Virus genome (UHGV): UHGV-0339689
Length of the DNA stretch: 22,812 bases
Direction: 5' to 3' (one strand)
DNA from: a virus
Shown: in pieces, positions 17,100 through 22,812 of the stretch
Numbering within the stretch: the first letter of the stretch is position 1
Layout of the letters: the number at the start of each line of letters is the position of its first letter
Translations under genes and position numbers: made by a program
The notes under the pieces: generated by a model
Told to the model about the DNA's origin: nothing
The model's database searches: none
What the model saw: only the letters and a program-made list of their open reading frames with translations

Positions 17100-18037
17100 C
17101 CCCTGAATCCTGCCGGGATCTGGCTGTAGTCCACGTTGTCGTAACTGGCTTTGAAGTACGGGTCTTCGCGTTTTTCGGTGTACGTGCTGACGGACGGCGA
17201 TAAGCGCAGGGAAAGCTCATCCCATTTTTCCCGCAGCTTCGACGGGCTGAGCACGTTACGGCACCAGAACGGATCGCGGCTGACGCGGCTGTACATCTCG
17301 CAGATTTGTTTGTGAGTACGACCATCCTGCACACACATCAGGCGAATTTCGTTTGCCCAGGCTGTCCAGTTCGGTTCTTTGGGACGAACCACCTCGCCGT
17401 CACATTCGGCGGCCTGCTCGTACAGGGCGATGATTTTTTTCCAGAGCCACTGTGCGCAGGTCAAATCATCCTGCGTTCCCCACTGGCGCTTTTTAGGGCT
17501 GAATACAACCGCATCAGGATGGCGAGTTAAAAACTCCTGTTCAGCCGTCTGCGTGTCCGGTTGCGAAGCGTCCGGACGAGAAGTTTTTTTATCTGACGGA
17601 TCATGTTTTGATTTTACTGACGGATCCCCGCCAGATTCTGACGGGTGAAAACCCGCTTTTTTGCCAGATTTCGACGCATCAAATTTTGACGGGTCAGATT
17701 TTGATGCGTCAGATTTTGACGGGTCAGAATCTGACAGTTGAGAAAATGCCGCTGCCTGAAGCTTCGCAACGTTAAGCTGATAAACATTCGACGCATTGCG
17801 GTTACCCTGGCGACGCGCCTTACGCGTTAACCAGCCTTCTGCTTCCAGCCGTGCGATAGCCGTTCTGACGGTACTCATCCCCGCGCCAATCTGACGGGCA
17901 ATGGTTTCAATTGATGGCCAGCACACACCTTCGTCATTACTGAAATCAGCCAGGCGGGCCATAATTGCCACGCTGGATAATTTCATGCCTGACGCAGCGC
18001 AACCATCCCATACATAGCCGGTTAATTTAGTGCTCAT
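17096..18037 (-). CDS. Replication initiator, lambda O-like (N-terminal HTH, internal iteron-encoded repeat linker)
   Basis: 313 aa; N-terminal winged-helix/HTH; central SDxSKSD repeat peptide encoded by the DNA iterons; conserved phage C-terminal domain. Confidence 0.8.
   Translation of the reverse strand: MSTKLTGYVWDGCAASGMKLSSVAIMARLADFSNDEGVCWPSIETIARQIGAGMSTVRTAIARLEAEGWLTRKARRQGNRNASNVYQLNVAKLQAAAFSQLSDSDPSKSDASKSDPSKFDASKSGKKAGFHPSESGGDPSVKSKHDPSDKKTSRPDASQPDTQTAEQEFLTRHPDAVVFSPKKRQWGTQDDLTCAQWLWKKIIALYEQAAECDGEVVRPKEPNWTAWANEIRLMCVQDGRTHKQICEMYSRVSRDPFWCRNVLSPSKLREKWDELSLRLSPSVSTYTEKREDPYFKASYDNVDYSQIPAGFRG
17591..17729. repeat. Origin iterons (core TGACGG(G/A)TC), including three exact-period 15-bp tandem units at 17685-17729
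   Basis: TTTTGACGGGTCAGA / TTTTGATGCGTCAGA / TTTTGACGGGTCAGA in tandem plus four degenerate copies upstream and adjacent T-rich tracts, all inside the O-like gene. Confidence 0.75.
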
Positions 18038-18206
18038 GACCGACCTCTATTTCCCTGAATTTACGACGAAACTGTTCGAGCGGGCTGAAGCACTCATGCT
18101 CATAGTCTTCGCGGAGGTAGATAACCCGTTGTGTTTCCGGCTCCCAACGAATGACTCTGACGGGTACTCCGTAGTGATCTTTGAACCAGCGGTTAACTTG
18201 TCGCAA
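18027..18206 (-). CDS. Alternative-frame small ORF (59 aa, TTG start) overlapping the previous ORF; possible frameshifted C-terminus or separate gene
   Basis: SD AAGGAGA 7 nt upstream of TTG at 18206; translation [59 protein letters not shown]; stop overlaps O-like start codon. Confidence 0.3.
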   Translation of the reverse strand: MRQVNRWFKDHYGVPVRVIRWEPETQRVIYLREDYEHECFSPLEQFRRKFREIEVGHEH

Positions 18207-18385
18207 AGGACTGTCTCCTTCTGCCGGTTGAAATCACCCACAGCCCACTCTGCAAAGCTGTGGGTTACAATTTCCCTGTCACCTGGTACATTCACTGCAT
18301 AGCAATATTCCACCTTCGCTTTTCCACCCGGTACAGGAAGCGCAATCAGTTGCGAGCGACGGTAGTGTGTTGTTAAACTGTTCAT
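18047..18385 (-). CDS. Hypothetical protein in cII position (112 aa; C-terminal third may be out of frame)
   Basis: ATGA overlap with upstream YdaT-like gene; N-terminal 60 residues protein-like, C-terminus Ser/Thr-rich and low complexity. Confidence 0.45.
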   Translation of the reverse strand: MNSLTTHYRRSQLIALPVPGGKAKVEYCYAVNVPGDREIVTHSFAEWAVGDFNRQKETVLCDKLTAGSKITTEYPSESFVGSRKHNGLSTSAKTMSMSASARSNSFVVNSGK

Positions 18386-18951
18386 GCGTTAGTTTCTCCA
18401 CAACCAGAAGCAATCGACGCCACGACGCCCGGAGCTGCACACTCGCGGGCGTCATTACTTTCTGAAATGCAAAAAATTTTGTAGACAAGTGCTGCATGCT
18501 CCTGCAGCTTCGAAATTGAGAGATACAGCTCGTCGTTAATTGCTGTCTTCTCATGCGGTTCCACTACACCGTCTTCGATTGCTGAACGAATCTGTTTTGA
18601 ATAACTGCCGATCTGTTCAATGACTTCCAGCAGACGCTGGTTAATATCGGCGTTGTCCACATCCTCGACGTCAGGAAGAGACACAAAGACGCCATTTGCA
18701 GACTGCGCCACAGCATCAGCAATGAAGTGAGTGCCACCAGCACGCTGTAAAACCATTGCCCATCCCAGCGGGAAAATCTGATCGCCATCTGCACGAAGGC
18801 GGTTGAATAAAGCGTTTTCTGTTACATCGAGCCAGTCAGCCGCTTCAGCGTAACCACCCGGCAACGCCGCGATAGTTTTTCTGACAGCTTTCACGTACCA
18901 CTCAGGCTGTTTTTCTATTTTCCAGTGATGCTTACCCACGATTAGCCTCAT
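18382..18951 (-). CDS. YdaT-like (CII-like fold) prophage protein
   Basis: 189 aa immediately downstream of cro-like gene, as in Rac-type immunity regions; assignment from recalled family resemblance. Confidence 0.5.
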   Translation of the reverse strand: MRLIVGKHHWKIEKQPEWYVKAVRKTIAALPGGYAEAADWLDVTENALFNRLRADGDQIFPLGWAMVLQRAGGTHFIADAVAQSANGVFVSLPDVEDVDNADINQRLLEVIEQIGSYSKQIRSAIEDGVVEPHEKTAINDELYLSISKLQEHAALVYKIFCISESNDARECAAPGVVASIASGCGETNA

Positions 18952-18982
18952 CGTTCTGTGGTTAAAAATTGAAAGTGTTCTG

Positions 18983-19183
18983 CTAATCTTTCGGATAGAT
19001 ATCCGGTCTTAAGTCAGATTTCGTAATTGCACCTGACGTGCATTGCTCAAGTTTTTTAGCCAGCACAAAACTGGCTTTTTTATAGCCATTGAAAACCAGC
19101 CGTAAGTAGCCAGGTGTTGAGCCAACTTTTCCGGCCAACTCGCCCTGCTGTTCTTTGGTTAAAGAGTCCCAATACGCTTTCAT
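18983..19183 (-). CDS. cro: Cro/YdaS-like HTH regulator (66 aa)
   Basis: MKAYWDSLTKEQQGELAGKVGSTPGYLRLVFNGYKK...; SD GGAGGT 7 nt upstream; divergent from cI across the operator region; track ORF extension to 19486 rejected. Confidence 0.65.
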   Translation of the reverse strand: MKAYWDSLTKEQQGELAGKVGSTPGYLRLVFNGYKKASFVLAKKLEQCTSGAITKSDLRPDIYPKD

Positions 19184-19186
19184 ACA

Positions 19187-19209
19187 ATATGTACCTCCGA
19201 TGTACATAT
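19187..19209. promoter_or_regulatory. Operator palindrome ATATGTAC-N7-GTACATAT overlapping PR -10 and start site
   Basis: Perfect 8-bp inverted arms read directly in sequence. Confidence 0.6.
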
Positions 19210-19233
19210 TACATGATTGAAATGAACCTTCAA
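19206..19233 (-). promoter_or_regulatory. Candidate PR (minus strand -35 TTGAAG, 16 bp, -10 TAATAT) driving cro
   Basis: Hexamers at 19233-19228 and 19211-19206 on minus strand; about 20-nt leader with SD before cro ATG. Confidence 0.5.
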
Positions 19234-19237
19234 GATA

Positions 19238-19258
19238 CTTGTACCTTAACGGTACAAG
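19238..19258. promoter_or_regulatory. Operator palindrome CTTGTACC-N5-GGTACAAG overlapping PRM -35
   Basis: Perfect 8-bp inverted arms; shares the GTAC core with the other operator. Confidence 0.6.
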
Positions 19259-19267
19259 GGTTTTAAT
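19239..19267 (+). promoter_or_regulatory. Candidate PRM (-35 TTGTAC, 17 bp, -10 TTTAAT) giving near-leaderless cI mRNA
   Basis: -10 ends 6 nt before the cI ATG at 19274; no SD. Confidence 0.5.
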
Positions 19268-19273
19268 TTCGTT

Positions 19274-19948
19274 ATGAAAACAATCCATGACATCCGGCGG
19301 TCTAACGCCAGAAAACTGAGAGATGGTGTTGGCGGGAATTCTTCCTTTGCCACTATGATTGATCGCGAGCCAACCCAGACCAGCAGGTTTATGGGAGATG
19401 GTGCTACTAAAAATATCGGTGACAGCATGGCACGACACATCGAAAAATGTTTCGACCTGCCTGTCGGATGGCTCGATCAAGAACACCAGACAACGAACAT
19501 CACAAAAAAACCTGATGTTTCAATCACTAATAAACAAATCACATTAGTCCCTGTCATATCATGGGTACAGGCCGGAGCATGGAAAGAAGTTGGATATTCT
19601 GAGGTTGATTTGAGCACAGCAGAAACGTATCCCTGCCCTGTCCCCTGTGGGGAAATGACTTATATCTTGCGGGTGATAGGTGATTCAATGATTGATGAGT
19701 ACCGCCCGGGAGACATGATTTTTGTCGATCCTGAAGTACCTGCCTGCCACGGTGACGACGTTATTGCATTGATGCACGATACAGGTGAAACCACCTTCAA
19801 AAGGTTGATAGAAGATGGGACACAGCGTTATCTCAAAGCGTTAAACCCAAACTGGCCTGAGCCTTACATTAAGATCAACGGTAATTGCTCTATAATTGGT
19901 ACAGTGATTTTCTCAGGAAAACCAAGAAGATACAAAATCAAAGCCTAA
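19274..19948 (+). CDS. cI: CI-type repressor with S24 (LexA-like) autopeptidase domain
   Basis: 224 aa; Ala-Gly site (VQAGAW), catalytic Ser in GDSM and Lys in TFKRL; divergent from cro. Confidence 0.85.
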   Translation: MKTIHDIRRSNARKLRDGVGGNSSFATMIDREPTQTSRFMGDGATKNIGDSMARHIEKCFDLPVGWLDQEHQTTNITKKPDVSITNKQITLVPVISWVQAGAWKEVGYSEVDLSTAETYPCPVPCGEMTYILRVIGDSMIDEYRPGDMIFVDPEVPACHGDDVIALMHDTGETTFKRLIEDGTQRYLKALNPNWPEPYIKINGNCSIIGTVIFSGKPRRYKIKA

Positions 19949-19960
19949 TCAATGTTTATG

Positions 19961-19984
19961 AACCTGCTTCGGCAGGTTTTTTTA
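19961..19984 (+). terminator. Rho-independent terminator after cI
   Basis: AACCTGC-TTCG-GCAGGTT followed by TTTTTTT. Confidence 0.75.
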
Positions 19985-19987
19985 TAC

Positions 19988-20016
19988 TTGACAATGTACC
20001 TTTGAGATACATAATG
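19988..20016 (+). promoter_or_regulatory. Candidate PL-like promoter (-35 TTGACA, 16-17 bp, -10 CATAAT) with two TGTACC operator-like half sites
   Basis: Consensus -35 at 19988-19993; AATGTACC repeated at 19993-20000 and 20015-20022. Confidence 0.4.
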
Positions 20017-20437
20017 TACCCAAGAGAAACAACAAACAGGCAGGACGTCCACGAAGTAGCCGCCTGGGGCATATGAAGTCCAAGATGATTCGTTAGCAAC
20101 AAAACGCCCATAGGACGCTTCGCTCTTTAACAATTTGAATATTTTCAGCGTCAATGATCTGTTTAGCTCCCTACAAGTAAATGTAGCGTAGCACCATGAT
20201 AAATCCTGCTAGTGTTTAGTTAAAAATCGCGCGAGAGCAAGAACGACGTGAGGGCAGGCAATATTGATAGTGTTATTGCTATTAGTTTATCAAAAATATT
20301 TAGACGACCCAGATGAATATTTTTAATACATACTCCCCCTAATTTAACAGGAGTAAATGTTGATGAATAACGAGACATCTATACTCAACAATTGTATGAT
20401 ATGAACAATTATATAACATAATGTAGGAAAAATAAAA

Positions 20438-21034
20438 ATGGATTGGCATGACCTTATATCAAAGGTAATTATCGGACTTGTTACAGGCTCAATCGCAGCT
20501 TACTTAACTGCGCGATATGCACTCGGCCGTTATTATAAAGAAAAATGGTGGGACAAAAGAATAGATTTGTATACGCAATTAGTTGACTGTGTTTATCTTC
20601 TAAAAAACACAGCTGACTATTGGTATAAACATGAGTTACATCACGCTTCACAATTCCCAACCTACTTTAGTTACAAATCAAAAGAAGAAAATGAAATCCT
20701 TAGCAAATCTTTCTCTAATGAGCTTGAAAAACTCAGTAGAATAGGTGAGCTATCTTCATTATTCTTAACAGAAGAGTGTGGGGATAAAATCCGTTCATTC
20801 ATTGAAAATGAAGAAAATCTATTTATACAATGGGAGTTTGATAGTATAGAGTTGATAGATGCCCACAAGTCAAGACTTGATAAATTAAAAGTATTACTAG
20901 ACGATATTATCTCTGAAGCAAAGAGAGAGCTTAAGGTCAATAAAAAACATAACAGCCTAAAGAATATAAAGTGGTCCATAACTATGCCAGACCAAAAAAA
21001 TGATGAGCCAATTAATTATTACGACAATCATTAA
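20438..21034 (+). CDS. Hypothetical membrane-anchored protein (198 aa), low-GC moron; candidate phage-exclusion/defence effector
   Basis: SD AGGAAA 7 nt upstream; N-terminal TM helix (ISKVIIGLVTGSIAAYLTARYAL) then charged Lys/Glu/Asn-rich soluble domain; flanked by terminators; GC clearly below flanks by eye. Confidence 0.75.
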   Translation: MDWHDLISKVIIGLVTGSIAAYLTARYALGRYYKEKWWDKRIDLYTQLVDCVYLLKNTADYWYKHELHHASQFPTYFSYKSKEENEILSKSFSNELEKLSRIGELSSLFLTEECGDKIRSFIENEENLFIQWEFDSIELIDAHKSRLDKLKVLLDDIISEAKRELKVNKKHNSLKNIKWSITMPDQKNDEPINYYDNH

Positions 21035-21044
21035 AACACTTTAG

Positions 21045-21067
21045 AACCCGCTGGGCGGGTTTTATTC
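21045..21067 (+). terminator. Rho-independent terminator after moron
   Basis: AACCCGC-TGG-GCGGGTT followed by TTTATTC. Confidence 0.65.
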
Positions 21068-21222
21068 AAATATACTTTGCACATCACAAATAAAACTATA
21101 ACGTCCTTCTTCTTTTCCTAATATCTTATATCTACTTATTTATAAGCGGCTTACAGATCTTCAACAGATAAACCTAATGAAGGCGACAATGTTCTGATGA
21201 ATAGCCACCTTTTTACTCAACT

Positions 21223-21291
21223 GAAAGCGCGTTCTGTCCCTTGTCATTAAGTGCCAGTTCGTTAAGTCCAAAACCTCCGGAACGCGCTTTC
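21223..21291. other. Perfect 12-bp inverted repeat GAAAGCGCGTTC / GAACGCGCTTTC separated by 45 nt (candidate structured RNA or protein site)
   Basis: Arms at 21223-21234 and 21280-21291; lies in the 390-bp noncoding leader upstream of the YfdR-like gene. Confidence 0.4.
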
Positions 21292-21456
21292 AATTGAGTG
21301 GGGAAAATAACTGGCGATGGCAGCCGCCCGTTGCACTAAGTGCCTCTGGATGGGGCATTTACTGAAACGAAACCAAAACTTTTAATCGCCTTATGGCGAG
21401 GGATTCGTGCAACCAAAAATCGTGCGGTGCAGCGCACCAATTAAGGAGAACTAACG

Positions 21457-21993
21457 ATGAGTTTTATCCAGACTCTTACCGGTAAGAAGTTCAATTATAT
21501 CAACTCCACCATTGACGATATTTATATCGAGGATATCGCCGGTGCGCTTTCAAATATCTGCCGCTTCGCGGGACACTTGCCGGATTTTTACAGCGTGGCG
21601 CAGCATTCCGTTCTGTGCAGTCAACTTGTGGCGCCAGAGTTCGCCTTTGAAGCGTTAATGCATGATGCAACAGAAGCGTATTGTCAGGACATCCCCGCGC
21701 AACTGAAACGCCTTCTTCCTGACTATAAACGGATGGAAGAAAAAATAGACGCCGTAATCCGTGAGAAATACGGGTTACCCCCGGTTATGAGCACGCCCGT
21801 GAAATATGCCGATCTCATCATGCTGGCAACCGAACGCCGCGATCTCGGGCTTGATGATGGCTCTTTCTGGCCTCTACTGGAAGGTATCCCAGCAACAGAG
21901 ATGTTCAAAGTTATTCCACTGTCGCCAGGCCATGCCTACGGGATGTTTATGGAACGTTTTAACGAGTTATCGGAGTTACGCAAATGCGCATGA
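21457..21993 (+). CDS. yfdR: HD-domain phosphohydrolase, YfdR-like (5'-deoxynucleotidase family)
   Basis: 178 aa; HD motif (ALMHDATEAYCQD); SD AAGGAGA 7 nt upstream; resembles remembered CPS-53 YfdR. Confidence 0.7.
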   Translation: MSFIQTLTGKKFNYINSTIDDIYIEDIAGALSNICRFAGHLPDFYSVAQHSVLCSQLVAPEFAFEALMHDATEAYCQDIPAQLKRLLPDYKRMEEKIDAVIREKYGLPPVMSTPVKYADLIMLATERRDLGLDDGSFWPLLEGIPATEMFKVIPLSPGHAYGMFMERFNELSELRKCA

Positions 21994-22346
21994 ATGTTTT
22001 CGAAATGGAAGGGTTTCTTCGCGGGAAATGTGTACCGCGAGATCTGAAAGTGAATGAAACGGATGCTGAATACCTGGTGCGTAAATTCGATGCGCTTGAA
22101 GCTAAATGTGCGGCACTGGAAAACAAAGTAATACCAGTGTCAACTGAACTGCCACCAGCAAATGAAAGTGTTTTGTTATTCGATGCTAACGGAGAAGGCT
22201 GGCTAATTGGCTGGCGTTCTCTCTGGTACACCTGGGGACAAAAAGAAACCGGAGACTGGCAGTGGACATTTCAGGTCGGGGACCTTGAAAACGTCAATAT
22301 CACTCACTGGGCAGTAATGCCAAAAGCACCGGAGGCTGGAGCATAA
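21984..22346 (+). CDS. yfdS: DUF551-type prophage protein, YfdS-like
   Basis: 120 aa; Trp-rich C-terminal domain (GWLIGWRSLWYTWGQKETGDWQWTF); overlaps yfdR-like stop. Confidence 0.6.
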   Translation: MRMNVFEMEGFLRGKCVPRDLKVNETDAEYLVRKFDALEAKCAALENKVIPVSTELPPANESVLLFDANGEGWLIGWRSLWYTWGQKETGDWQWTFQVGDLENVNITHWAVMPKAPEAGA

Positions 22347-22651
22347 TGACCACTTTTACCGACAAAGAACTGATTAAAGAAATCAAAGAGCGTATCAGCA
22401 GCCTTGACGTGCGAGACGATATTGAGCGCCGTGCTTATGAAATCGCACTCCTATCTCTGGAAGTAGAGCCAGATGAACGCGAATCCTATGAATTATTTAT
22501 GGAAAAACGTTTCGGTGGCTTAGTAGATAGTCGGAGAGCAAAAAACGGCGATAACGAATACATGGCATGGGATATGACTCTCGGTTGGATCGTCTGGCAA
22601 CAACGAGCTGGCATTCATTTTTCAACAATATCACAGCAAGAGGTGAAATAA
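22346..22651 (+). CDS. yfdT: Hypothetical prophage protein, YfdT-like
   Basis: 101 aa; ATGA overlap with preceding gene. Confidence 0.55.
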   Translation: MTTFTDKELIKEIKERISSLDVRDDIERRAYEIALLSLEVEPDERESYELFMEKRFGGLVDSRRAKNGDNEYMAWDMTLGWIVWQQRAGIHFSTISQQEVK

Positions 22652-22812
22652 TGGAACCATACAGCCTCACGCTAAATAGCTGCGCGGAATAGTAGATCAC
22701 TGAAAGGGAACTCAGCCCGGATTGTGCGATCTGATCAATCGCCAAACCAACCAAAATCACCAACCGGACTGAGCGATGCCGATCATAGTACCAATACCCC
22801 GTGGCGAACGAC

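Noticed and set aside
17591-17729. Tandem repeats considered as a possible CRISPR array
   Set aside because: Units are 15 bp with no unique spacers, sit inside a coding sequence and match an ori iteron pattern; no cas genes nearby
17614-17796. Minus-strand 60-aa ORF with repeated QNLT peptide
   Set aside because: Alternative-frame translation of the iteron DNA inside the O-like gene; repetition reflects DNA repeats, not a gene
18983-19486. Long 167-aa version of the cro-like ORF
   Set aside because: The extension crosses the operator/promoter region and runs antisense into cI; the ATG at 19183 with SD is the real start
19945-20154. Minus-strand 69-aa ORF overlapping the cI stop and terminator
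   Set aside because: Overlaps the cI terminator and candidate PL, no SD, composition not protein-like
21223-21291. Inverted repeat considered as retron msr/msd flanking repeats
   Set aside because: Spacer is only 45 nt and no reverse transcriptase gene is adjacent
22651-22692. 13-codon ORF (MEPYSLTLNSCAE) overlapping the YfdT-like stop
   Set aside because: Too short to call; the remaining 120 bp to the window edge shows no clear coding signal

Overview
This window is a lambdoid, SfV/CPS-53-like prophage segment from an enterobacterial (probably Escherichia/Shigella) genome. All calls rest on reading the ORF translations and the DNA by eye, plus recalled family resemblance; no database search was run. 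Minus strand, left to right: a partial IS30 whose end sits inside the tail tube gene, tail sheath, Mu-type neck genes, HK97-type connector/capsid/protease/portal, terminase large and small subunits, a candidate cos region, HNH endonuclease, a small AT-rich gene, the lysis cassette (Rz with embedded Rz1, lambda R-type endolysin, holin), an AT-rich acidic late moron, tR'/PR', Q antiterminator, a nin-like region (DUF968, KilA-N, RusA, LexA-DBD-only, Dam methylase, PerC-like), an O-like replication gene with internal iterons, cII-position ORFs, YdaT-like and cro-like genes. Then comes the PR/PRM operator region, with cI (S24-peptidase repressor) on the plus strand, its terminator, a candidate PL promoter, an AT-rich membrane-anchored moron (20438-21034) and YfdR/YfdS/YfdT-like early-left genes. 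The best candidates for an undescribed system are the two low-GC morons sitting in classical lambdoid cargo hotspots: 20438-21034 beside the immunity region and 12142-12477 between Q and the holin. The IS30 insertion suggests the prophage is tail-defective.
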